64,000 nt of DNA, taken from assembly GCA_032718475.1 (NCBI GenBank), contig JAUCBJ010002864.1, forward strand, positions 5,760-69,759, read 5' to 3'. Numbering within the stretch: position 1 is the stretch's first letter; each line of letters begins with the position of its first letter. This document shows positions 26,331 through 39,410 of the stretch, piece after piece. The position numbers and the translations under genes are program-made. The notes beneath the pieces were generated by a model. That model searched no databases. It had not been told where the DNA came from and saw only the letters and a program-made list of their open reading frames with translations. This DNA is from Nemertoderma westbladi (lineage: Eukaryota > Animalia > Xenacoelomorpha).

Positions 26331-29300
26331 GAAATTGCTGTAATTACTGTAAGAAATTACTGTAGGCCATAGCTAATGAATGAATCAATTATAATAATAA
26401 TTATGAATAATTATTAATTCCCTAAAATTATTAGGAACCGAGAGGTTCATTACTGTAAGAATTGCTCGAGACTGGCTGGCTGACTGACTGACTGATTGAC
26501 TGACTGACTGACTGACTAATCTCTAGCCAAAACCACTCTAACGATTTTGATAAAATTTTCACAGCGGCTTGATACCGCGATTTTAAGGTCCCTGGCATGA
26601 TCGGCTACTCCGTCCATAGCCTCTGGGCTCGAAAAATTGAGATAAACGAAAAAACGCCATAGGCGCAATGGTAAAATAACACCAATAACAGCTGGTTTCG
26701 TGATGAAAAATGGCTTATGTAATGGATTTCTACACAAGGCTTAGTATAAATCGATGAGGTTGCCAAGAATATTGTACTTAGTACACCCATACTGTTTGTT
26801 TAGGCCCTAGGACACTCTGTCAAAGCAAATATTAACTGGTTGGTTTAGTTTGAAATCTAATATCGCCTCAGCTGAATTACTCTTCCCAATGCAATCTATG
26901 GAAATATCTCACTCTGCTAATGTAAGCTGAATGACTGTTACGTACACAGTGAGTTGGCTACATTAATGCCAACATTATTGCAAAATGTTTTATTGTTGGA
27001 TTACTCTCTGTCAGTCACCCCTTCAGAACATTGTATAGGGAATTTACTTTAGTTTACTCTACTGTGCCATTCAGCTGAATGGATTTGAGCGATTGCCAAG
27101 TTACAGAGTTGGATCATTCTCTGACCATAGGCAAATACATCAAATCTTTTTAAGAATATACTTTTTCCATGTTTTTTTTTCTGACCAAAAATTTCAAAAA
27201 AATTTTTTCGTAGCCAGTACTGCCAATCGATTCGCCATCAAAAATAACGCAAAAAATTTTTTTTGCAAAATTTTAAATTACTGTAAATTTTTGGCGACTG
27301 GGGGGGGTCAATTTTTTTCGATCCGCTATAACTCCGGAACGCTTTGTCCAAATTCGATGGGGTTTTCATTTTTCAACTTAATTCGATGTCCTCTTTCAGC
27401 CTATCCATGTTTCGAAACCCCAAACAGCGCCGTTCAAAAATTATTTTTTTCTAGTTCTAGAATTTTACAAATTTCAAAAAAGTTGCAGTATTTTATTAAC
27501 GCCTTTACGGAATTCGATAGCGTTTTCGATTTTTATATTAAACGCAATATCCTGAATCTCACTAGCCTAGTTTCGCGTCACCAATGCCAAGACTTCATAC
27601 TTTTTGAGGAAAATTTTTCTAGAATAATTTTTATTTAATTACATTTATCGCGATTTCTTATTACTGGTTGCACATGAATTGATGGAGTTTTCAATTTATT
27701 AACTAAACACGATATCGCGCATCGCACCAGCGTGGTTTCGAAATTACCAAAACGAGGTCTTCACTAGTTGCAGGTCGATTTTGTTCTAGAATTGAGCAAC
27801 TAATAATATATCGAATTTATTAATAATTATTGTATGAAATATGATTGTATTTTTACATAACTATTAGTTCTATACTAATTCTCGTTGTCTCTTTTATTTA
27901 AAATAAAAAGTCGGTTCCTTATCGGGCCGCTAGGCCCGTCACTAGTCATACCTGGAAGGATTGCTCGAGACTGGCTGGCTGGCTGACTGACTGACTGAAT
28001 GACTGACTGACTGACTGACTAATCTACAGCCAAAACTACTCTAACGATTTTGATGAAATTTTCACAGCGGCTAGATACCGCGATTCTAAGGTCCCTGGTA
28101 TGTTCCGCTATTTCGTCCATGAGCCGTGGGCTCGAAAAATAGACATAAACGAAAAAACGCCATAGGCGCAATGGTAAAATAACACCCATGACAGCTGGTG
28201 TCGTGATGAAAAATGGCTTATGTAATGCATTTCTACAGAAGGCTTAGTAATAAATCGATGAGGTTGCCAAGATTATTACACTCAGTACACCCATACTGTT
28301 TGTATAGGCCACCACTCTCTGTCAAAGCAAACATTATGAACTGGTTGGTTTAGTTTGAAATCTAATATCGCCTCAGCTGAATTACTCTTCCCAATGCAAT
28401 CTATGGGAATATCTCACTCTGCTAATGTAAGCTGAATGACTGTTACACAGTGAGTTGGCTACATTAATGCCAACATTATTGCAAAATGTTTTATTGTTGG
28501 ATTACTCTCTGTCAGTCACCCCTTCAGAACATTGTATAGGGAATTTACTTTAGTTTACTCTACTGTGCCATTCAGCTGAATGGATTTGAGCGATTGCCAA
28601 GTTACAGAGTTGGATCATTCTCTGACCATAGGCAAAGACATCAAATCTTTTTAAAAATATACTTTTTCCATGTTTTTTTTTCTGACCAAAAATTTCAAAA
28701 AAAAATTTTTCGTAGCCAGTACTGCCAATCGATTCGCCATCAAAAATAACGCAAAAAAATTTTTTTGCAAAATTTTAAATTACTGTAAATTTTTGGCGAC
28801 TGGGGGGGGTCAATTTTTTTCGATCCGCTATAACTCCGGAACGCTTTGTCCAAATTCGATGGGGTTTTCATTTTTCAACCTAATTCGATGTCCTCTTTCA
28901 GCCTATCCATGTTTCGAAACCCCAAACAACGCCGTTCAAAAATTATTTTTTTATAGTTCTAGAATTTTACAAATTTCAAAAAAGTTGCAGTATTTTATTA
29001 ACGCCTTTACGGAATTCGATAGCGTTTTCGATTTTTATATTAAACGCAATATCCTGAATCTCACTAGCCTAGTTTCGCGTCACCAATGCCAAGACTTCAT
29101 ACTTTTTGAGGAAAATTTTTCTAGAATAATTTTTATTTAATTACATTTATAGCGATTTCTTATTACTGATTGCACATGAATTGATGGAGTTTTCAATTTA
29201 TTAACTAAACACGATATCGCGCATCGCACCAGCGTGGTTTCGAAATTCCAAAACGAGGTCTTCACTAGTTGCAGGTCGATTTTGTTCTAGAATTGAGCAA

Positions 29301-32300
29301 CTAATAATAGATCGAATTTATTAATAATTATTGTATGAAATATGATTGTATTTTTAGATAATTATTAGTTCTATACTAATTCTCGTTGTCTCTTTTATTT
29401 AATTAGGAACCGAGAGGTTCATTACTGTAAGAATTGCTCGTGGCTGACTGGCTGGCTGATCTACAGCCAAAACTACTCTAACGATTTTGATGAAATTTTC
29501 ACAGCATCTAGATACCGCGATTCTAAGGTCCCTGGCATGATCGGCTACTCCGTCCATAGCCTCTGGGCTCGAAAAATAGAGAACGAAAAAACGCCATAGG
29601 CGCAATAGTAAAATAACACCAATGACAGCTGGTGTCCTGATGAAAAATGGCTTATGTAATGCATTTCTACACAAGGCTTAGTAATAAATCGATGAGGTTG
29701 CCAAGATTATTATACTCAGTACACCCATACTGTTTGTATAGGCCACCACTCTCTGTCAAAGCAAACATTAACTTGTTGGTTTAGTTTGAAATCTAATATC
29801 GCCTCAGCTGAATTACTCTTCCCAATGCAATCTATGGGAATATCTCACTCTGCTAATGTAAGCTGAATGACTGTTAAGTACACAGTGAGTTGGCTACATT
29901 AATGCCAACATTATTGCAAAATGTTTTATTGTTGGATTACTCTCTGTCAGTCTCCCCTTCAGAACATTGTATAGGGAATTTACTTTAGTTTACTCTACTG
30001 TGCCATTCAGCTGAATGGATTTGAGCGATTGCCAAGTACAGAGTTGGATCATTCTCTGACCATAGGCAAAGACATCAAATCTTTTTTAAAATATACTTTT
30101 TCCATGTTTTTTTTCTGACCAAAAATTTCAAAAAAAAAATTTTTTGTAGCCAGTACTGCCAATCGATTCGCCATCAAAAATAACGCAAAAATTTTTTTTT
30201 GCAAAATTTTAAATTACTGTAAATTTTTGGCGACTGGGGGGGGTCAATTTTTTTCGATTCGCTATAACTCCGGAACGCTTTGTCCAAATTCGATGGGGTT
30301 TTCATTTTTCAACTTAATTCGATGTCCTCTTTCAGCCTATCCATGTTTCGAAACCCCAAACAACGCCGTTCAAAAATTATTTTTTTCTAGTTCTAGAATT
30401 TTACAAATTTCAAAAAAGTTGCAGTATTTTATTAACGCCTTTACGGAATTCGATAACGTTTTCGATTTTTATATTAAACGCAATATCCTGAATCTCACTA
30501 GCCTAGTTTCGCGTCACCAATGCCAAGACTTCATACTTTTTGAGGAAAATTTTTCTAGAATAATATTTATTTAATTACATTTATCGCGATTTCTTATTAC
30601 TGGTTGCACATGAATTGATGGAGTTTTCAATTTATTAACTAAACACGATATCGCGCATCGCACCAGCGTGGTTTCGAAATTACCAAAACGAGGTCTTCAC
30701 TAGTTGCAGGTCGATTTTGTTCTAGAATTGAGCAACTAATAATATATCGAATTTATTAATAATTATTGTATGAAATATGATTGTATTTTTACATAACTAT
30801 TAGTTCTATACTAATTCTCGTTGTCTCTTTTATTTAAAATAAAAAGTCGGTTCCTTATCGGGCCGCTAGGCCCGTCACTAGTTAGGAACCGAGAGGTTCA
30901 TTACTGTAAGAATTGTTAGCTGACTGGCTGACTGACTGGCTGATCTACAGCCAAAACTACTCTAACGATTTTGATGAAATTTTCACAGCGGCTAGATACC
31001 GCGATTCTAAGGTCCCTGGTATGTTCCGCTATTTCGTCCATGAGCCGTGGGCTCGAAAAATGGACATAAACGAAAAAACGCCATAGGCGCAATGGTAAAA
31101 TAACACCAATGACAGCTGGTGTCCTGATGAAAAATGGCTTATGTAATGCATTTCTACAGAAGGCTTAGTAATAAATCGATGAGGTTGCCAAGATTATTAT
31201 ACTCAGTACACCCATACTGTTTGTATAGGCCACCACTCTCTGTCAAAGCAAACATTATTAACTGGTTGGTTTAGTTTGAAATCTAATATCGCCTCAGCTG
31301 AATTACTCTTCCCAATGCCATCTATGGGAATATCTCACTCTGCTAATGTAAGCTGAATGACTGTTACACAGTGAGTTGGCTACATTAATGCCAACATTAT
31401 TGCAAAATGTTTTATTGTTGGATTACTCTCTGTCAGTCACCCCTTCAGAACATTGTATAGGGAATTTACTTTAGTTTACTCTACTGTGCCATTCAGCTGA
31501 ATGGATTTGAGCGATTGCCAAGTTACAGAGTTGGATCATTCTCTGACCATAGGCAAAGACATCAAATCTTTTAAAAAATATACTTTTTCCATGTTTTTTT
31601 TTCTGACCAAAAATTTCTTAAAAAAATTTTCGTAGCCAGTACTGCCAATCGATTCGCCATCAAAAATAACGCAAAAAATTTTTTTTGCAAAATTTTAAAT
31701 TACTGTAAATTTTTGGCGACTGGGGGGGGTAAATTTTTTTCGATCCGCTATAACTCCGGAACGCTTTGTCCAAATTCGATGGGGTTTTCATTTTTCAACT
31801 TAATTCGATGTCCTCTTTCAGCCTATCCATGTTTCCAAACCCCAAACAGCGCCGTTCAAAAATTAATTTTTTCCAGTTCTAGAATTTTACAAATTTCAAA
31901 AAAGTTGCAGTATTTTATTAACGCCTTTACGGAATTCGATAGCGTTTTCGATTTTTATATTAAACGCAATATCCTGAATTGGATTACTCTCTGTCAGTCT
32001 CCCCTTCAGAACATTGTATAGGGAATTTACTTTAGTTTACTCTACTGTGCCATTCAGCTGAATGGATTTGAGCGATTGCCAAGTTACAGAGTTGGATCAT
32101 TCTCTGACCATAGGCAAAGACAAATCTTTTAAAAATATACTTTTTCCATGTTTTTTTCTGACCAAAAATTTCAAAAAAAAATTTTTCGTAGCCAGTACTG
32201 CCAATCGATTCGCCATCAAAAATAACGCAAAAAATTTTTTTTGCAAAATTTTAAATTACTGTAAATTTTTGGCGACTGGGGGGGGGGTCAATTTTTTTCG

Positions 32301-35300
32301 ATCCGCTATAACTCCGGAACGCTTTGTCCAAATTCGATGGGGTTTTCATTTTTCAACTTAATTCGATGTCCTCTTTCAGCCTATCCATGTTTCGAAACCC
32401 CAAACAGCGCCGTTCAAAAAGTAATTTTTTCTAGTTCTAGAATTTTACAAATTTCAAAAAAGTTGCAGTATTTTATTAACGCCTTTACGGAATTCGATAG
32501 CGTTTTCTATTTTTATATTAAACGCAATATCCTGAATCTCACTAGCCTAGTTTCGCGTCACCAATGCCAAGACTTCATACTTTTTGAGGAAAATTTTTCT
32601 AGAATAATTTTTATTTAATTACATTTATCGCGATTTCTTATTACTGGTTGCACATGAACTGATGGAGTTTTCAATTTATTAACTAAACACGATATCGCGC
32701 ATCGCACCAGCGTGGTTTCGAAATTCCAAAACGAGGTCTTCACTAGTTGCAGGTCGATTTTGTTCTAGAATTGAGCAACTAATAATAGATCGAAATTATT
32801 AATAATTATTGTATGAAATATGATTGTATTTTTACATAATTATTAGTTCTATACTAATTCTCGCTGTCTCTTTCATTTAAAATAAAAGGTCGGTTCCTTA
32901 TCGGGCCGCTAGGCCCGTCACTAGTAAAATAAAAAGTCGGTTCCTTATCGGGCCGCTAGGCCCGTCACTAGTTAGGAACCGAGAGGTTCATTACTGTAAG
33001 AATTGTTGGTGGCTGGCTGACTGGCTGGCTGACTGACTGATCTACAGCCAAAACTGCTCTAACGATTTTGATGAAATTTTCACAGCATCTAGATACCGCG
33101 ATTCTAAGGTCCCTGACATGATCGGCTATTCCGTCCATAGCCTCTGGGCTCGAAAAATAGAGATAAACGAAAAAAACGCCATAGGCGCAATGGTAAATAA
33201 CACCCATGACAGCTGGTGTCCTGATGAAAAATGGCTTATGTAATGCATTTCTACACAAGGTTTAGTAATAAATCGATGAGGTTGCCAAGATTATTATATT
33301 TAGTACACCCATACTGTTTGTTTAGGCCCTGCACTCTCTGTCAAAGCAAATATTAACTGATTGATTTAGTTTGAAATCTATTATCGCCTCAGCTGAATTA
33401 CTCTTCCCAATGCATTCTATGGGAATATCTCCCTCTGCTAATGTAAGCTGAATGACTTAAGTACACAGTGTGTTAAATGTCAACATTATTGCAAAATGTT
33501 TTATTGTTGGATTACTCTCTGTCAGTCACCCCTTCAGAACATTGTATAGGGAATTTACTTTAGTTTACTCTACTGTGCCATTCAGCTGAATGGATTTGAG
33601 TGATTGCCAAGTTACAGAGTTGGATCATTCTCTGACCATAGGCAAAGACATCAAATCTTTTTAAGAATATACTTTTTCCATGTTTTTTTTTCTGACCAAA
33701 AATTTCAAAAAAAAATTTTTCGTAGCCAGTACTGCCAATCGATTCGCCATCAAAAATAACGCAAAAAATTTTTTTTGCAAAATTTTAAATTACTGTAAAT
33801 TTTTGGCGACTGGGGGGGGTCAATTTTTTTCGATCCGCTATAACTCCGGAACGCTTTGTCCAAATTCGATGGGGTTTTCATTTTTCAACTTAATTAGATG
33901 TCCTCTTTCAGCCTATCCATGTTTCCAAACCCCAAACAGCGCCGTTCAAAAAATAATTTTTTCCAGTTCTAGAATTTTACAAATTTCAAAAAAGTTGCAG
34001 TATTTTATTAACGCCTTTACGGAATTCGATAGCGTTTTCGATTTTTATATTAAACGCAATATCCTGAATTTCACTAGCCTAGTTTCGCGTCACCAACGCC
34101 AAGACTTCATACTTTTTGAGGAAAATTTTTCTAGAATAATTTTTATTTAATTACATTTATCGCGATTTCTTATTACTGGTTGCACATGAATTGATGGAGT
34201 TTTAAATTTATTAACTAAACACGATATTGCGCATCGCACCAGCAGCGTGGTTTCGAAATTCCAAAACGAGGTCTTCACTAGTTGCAGGTCGATTTTGTTC
34301 TAGAATTGAGTAACTAATAATAGATCGAATTTATTAATAATTATTGTATGAAATATGATTGTATTTTTACATAATTATTAGTTCTATAATAATTCTCGTT
34401 GTCTCTTTTATTTGAAATAATAAGTCGGTTCCTTATCGGGCCGCTAGGCCCGTCACTAGTTAGGAACCGAGAGGTTCATTACTGTAAGAATTGCTCGAGA
34501 CTGGCTGGCTGGCTGGCTGACTGACTGACTAATCTACAGCCAAAACTACTCTAACGATTTTGATGAAATTTTCACAGCGGCTAGATACCGCGATTCTAAG
34601 GTCCCTGGTATGTTCCGCTATTTCGTCCATGAGCCGTGGGCTCGAAAAATAGACATAAACGAAAAAACGCCATAGGCGCAATGGTTAAATAACACCCATG
34701 ACAGCTGGTGTCGTGATGAAAAATGGCTTATGTAATGCATTTCTACAGAAGGCTTAGTAATAAATCGATGAGGTTGCCAAGATTATTATACTCAGTACAC
34801 CCATACTGTTTGTATAGGCCACCACTCTCTGTCAAAGCAAACATTATTAACTGGTTGGTTTAGTTTGAAATCTAGTATCGCCTCAGCTGAATTACTCTTC
34901 CCAATGCAATCTATGGGAATATCTCACTCTGCTAATGTAAGCTGAATGACTGTTACGTACACAGTGAGTTGGCTACATTAATGCCAACATTATTGCAAAA
35001 TGTTTTATTGTTGGATTACTCTCTGTCAGTCACCCCTTCAGAACATTGTATAGGGAATTTACTTTAGTTTACTCTACTGTGCCATTCAGCTGAATGGATT
35101 TGAGCGATTGCCAAGTTACAGAGTTGGATCATTCTCTGACCATAGGCAAAGACATCAAATCTTTTTAAAAATATACTTTTTCCATGTTTTTTTTCTGACC
35201 AAAAATTTCAAAAAAAAATTTTTCGTAGCCACTACTGCCAATCGATTCGCCATCAAAAATAACGCAAAAAATTTTTTTTGCAAAATTTTAAATTACTGTA

Positions 35301-35960
35301 AATTTTTGGCGACTGGGGGGGGGTCAATTTTTTTCGATCCGCTATAACTCCGGAACGCTTTATCCAAATTCGATGGGGTTTTCATTTTTCAACTTAATTA
35401 GATGTCCTCTTTCAGCCTATCCATGTTTCCAAACCCCAAACAGCGCCGTTCAAAAAATAATTTTTTCCAGTTCTAGAATTTTACAAATTTAAAAAAAGTT
35501 GCAGTATTTTATTAACGCCTTTACGGAATTCGATAGCGTTTTCGATTTTTATATTAAACGCAATATCCTGAATCTCACTAGCCTAGTTTCGCGTCACCAA
35601 CGCCAAGACTTCATACTTTTTGAGGAAAATTTTTCTAGAATAATTTTTATTTAATTACATTTATCGCGATTTCTTATTACTGGTTGCACATGAATTGATG
35701 GAGTTTTCAATTTATTAACTAAACACGATATCGCGCATCGCACCAGCGTGGTTTCGAAATTCCAAAACGAGGTCTTCACTAGTTGCAGGTCGATTTTGTT
35801 CTAGAATTGAGTAACTAATAATAGATCGAATTTATTAATAATTATTGTATGAAATATGATTGTATTTTTACATAATTATTAGTTCTATAATAATTCTCGT
35901 TGTCTCTTTTATTTGAAATAAAAAGTCGGTTCCTTATCGGGCCGCTAGGCCCGTCACTAG

Positions 35961-37475
35961 TTAGCAAGTCGTTAGACTTGATTACTGTAAGAATTGTTAG
36001 CTGACTGACTGGCTGACTGACTGGCTGACTGACTGGCTGACTGACTGGCTGGCTGATCTACAGCCAAAACTGCTCTAACGATTTTGATGAAATTTTCACA
36101 GCATCTAGATACCGCGATTCTAAGGTCCCTGGCATGATCGGCTACTCCGTCCATAGCCTCTGGGCTCGAAAAATAGAGATAAACGAAAAAAACGCCATAG
36201 GCGCAATGGTAAAAAAATAACACCCATGACAGCTGGTGTCCTGATGAAAAATGGCTTATGTAATGCATTTCTACACAAGGCTTAGTATAAATCGATGAGG
36301 TTGCCAAGATTATTGTACTCAGTACACCCATACTGTTTGTTTAGGCCCTGCACTCTCTGTCAAAGCAAATATTAACTGGTTGATTTAGTTTGTGGTTCTA
36401 CACAGGCTTAGTATAAATCGATGAGGCTGCCAACTGGTTGGTTTAGTTTGCAATCTATTACCGCCTCAGCTGAATAACTCTTCCCCCTGCTGAATGACTA
36501 TTAGGTATACAGTGTATCGGCTACATTAATGCCAACATTAATACTGTGGAGGCTGTATGCTTATAAGGTGGAATGTTTACTCAGCCTTATACTGATACTC
36601 TGTAAGGCTAAGACTAACATTATAGTTTGAAATATAAAAATCACTTATTATTATCTGTATTGGGTTAATAATCACTGTGGCATTCAAAATGTTTTATAGG
36701 TGGTTGACATTTAGTGCAAGCTGAATGACTGTTAGTTACAGAGTACTACAGTACTGCACTCTATTTTATTTTTAAATCTTTCGTCCTACATTAATACTTT
36801 GGAGGTTGTATGCTTATAAGGCGAATGTTTACTCAGCTTCATACTGATACACTGTAAGGCTAACACTAACGTTATAGTTTAAAACATAAAAATCACTGCT
36901 TATTATCTGTATCAGGTTACACACTGTGGCATTCAAAATGTTTAAATGTTTTATAGGTGATTGATATTTAGTGCAAGCTGAATGACTGTAGGTTACAGAG
37001 TACTATTGCACTGTATTTTATTTTTAAATCTTTTGGCAAACATTAATACATTGGAAGCTGTATGCTTATAAGGCGGAATGTTTACTCAGCCTCATACTGA
37101 TACTCTGTAAGGCTTACACTAACATTATAGTTTGAAATATAAAAATAACTGCTTATTATCTGTATTGGGTTAATCACTGTGGCATTCAAAATGTTTTGTT
37201 AGGTGAATGACATTTAGTGGCTAAGATTATTCTCTGTCAGATTCCCTTCACACCATAGGCAAACATTGTTGAGGCTGAGGGAATTTACTTTAGTTTACTC
37301 TACTGAGTCATTCAGCTGAATGGATTTGAGCAATTGCCAACTTACAGAGTGGGATCTCTCTCTGACCATAGATAAATAACACTTCCCTTCTGAACAAAGG
37401 TAAACATTGTTGAGGGAACTTACCTTTGATTGACGACTTCCGACTTGCTTAACGGCGTCTTGACGCCGTCTCTAG
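35961..37475 (+). mobile_element. Beta-terminus family element (body C, with ~250-bp internal repeats)
   Basis: 5' TTAGCAAGTCGTTAGACTTG; 3' CGACTTGCTTA-ACGGCGTC-TT-GACGCCGT-CTCTAG; three copies of CATTAATAC...TGTATGCTTATAAGG..AATGTTTACTCAGC. Confidence 0.85.
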
Positions 37476-38534
37476 TTAGGAACCGAGAGGTTCATTACTG
37501 TAAGAATTGCTCGAGACTGGCTGGCTGACTGACTGACTAATCTACAGCCAAAACTACTCTAACGATTTTGATGAAATTTTCACAGCGGCTGGATACCGCG
37601 ATTCTAAGGTCCCTGGTATGTTCCGCTATTTCGTCCATGAGCCGTGGGCTCGAAAAATAGACATAAACGAAAAAACGCCATAGGCGCAATGATAAAAACA
37701 CCAGCTGGCACTCATGAAAAATGGATAGAGATAGCCTAGTAATGCTATTCTATAGGAATGGCCACCTAACAAGGAAATGCTTTCTCTGCCAAGTATTATC
37801 CTCACTCTACAACTCAGACAGTAAGCAAACAAAAGCCGTGGGATTCTAATGTATTACATCATAAGCTGATTGCTCTCCCAATAACCCTCACACACTCACT
37901 GAATCCAATGAAATCGAATATCTATTAGCTTAATGCGAATAGCTGGTAAGCTGAATGCCATTTTAGTTATTGTGTACTGTTGATTGCAGAGTTGTCTGCT
38001 ATGTTGTATGTATTTAATTAAAATAATTTTCGTAGAGGGAAGTTAATTTGGGATTACTCTCTATCAGATGTAAGCAAAGCTGTTCAATGGGGTGGGTCAT
38101 GGAACCCAAATATAATACATTATGCATGGCAAACATTAATAAAATCATTCAGTCAACCTGAAGGGTATTTGCTTTAGTTAACTACTGTGTGTGAAAAGCG
38201 AATTTATAATGTTACCCATACTTCAGGTAAATTAATTTTTAGATATTTTGTACTGAAGGCAAGGATTTCTGTTATAATTAAAATACAAGACAGGGGCTTG
38301 TTTCGATATATGTAGTTGCGCCCTTCGAGCAGCACGTGAGTTAATCTAATATTAGACACTATTTTTGACTTTGTCCCTTCGAGCAGCACGTGAGTTTTGC
38401 TCTGACCCTTGATATATGATGTTGCGCCCTTCGAGCAGCACGTGAGTTACATCAAATAATAGACACACTGTTTGACTTTGTCCCTTTGAGCAGCACGTGA
38501 GTTTGGCTTTGACCCTTCCAGCAGCGTGTGTCAA

Positions 38535-39410
38535 TCGAGCCGAATCATACCGATCGAGCCGAATAGAACCAATCGAGGAGATCACGCCGAGTCAAGCCGA
38601 AAGGAGCCGAGTTGAGCCCAATCAAGCCTAGTCGAGCCAGACTGAGACGAGGCAAGCCCAATCGAGTCGAGTCGAGCCCAATAGAGCCGAGTCGAGCCCA
38701 ATCAATCCTAGTTGAGCGTAATTGAGCCGGACCGAGCCAAGTCGAGCCCAATCGAGCCAGACTGAGCCAAGTTGAGCTAAATCAAGCAGAGTCAATCCCA
38801 ATCGAGCCGAGTCGAGCGGATTGAGCCGAATCGAGCCCAATTGAGCCAGTTCGAGCCGAGTCGAACCCAATCGAGCCGATTGAGCCGAATCGAGCTGAGT
38901 CGACTCAGACCGAGCCGAGCCGAGTCGAGCCGTGTCACACCAAATTGAGCCGGACTGAGTCGAATCGAGCCAAATCAAGCCGAGTCGAGCCCAATCGAGC
39001 AGAGTCGAGCCGGACGGAGCCGAGTTGAGACCAATCAAGCCCAGTCGAGCCAGACTGAGCCGAGTCAAGCCCAATCGAATCGAGTCGAGCCCAATAGAGC
39101 TGAGTCGAGCCCAATCAAGCCTAGTCGAGCCCAATTGAGCCGGACCGATCCCAGTCGAGCCCAATCGAGCTGGACTGAGCCAAGTTGAGCCAAATCGAGC
39201 CGAGTGAAGCCCAATCAATCCCAATCGAGCCGAGTCGGAGCCGAATCATGCCCAATTGTGCCAAGTCGAGCCAGACCGAGCTGAGTCGAACCCAATCAAG
39301 CCGATTGAGCCGAATCGAGCTGTGTCAAGTCTAGCCCAATCAAGCCGCTTCGAGCCCAATCAAGCCAAGTCGAACTGAATCGAGCCCAATCGTACCAGAC
39401 CGAGCCGAGC
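38535..39410. repeat. Degenerate CGAGC/CCAAT pentamer-based satellite of body B
   Basis: 5-bp periodic GAGCC/GAGTC/CCAAT variants; almost no pure tract in this copy. Confidence 0.9.

Noticed and set aside
26431-26435. TTAGG (arthropod telomere motif) at unit starts, suggesting telomeric retroelements
   Set aside because: Single copy that is part of the subTIR; the beta family has TTAGC; no poly(A) tails or RT.
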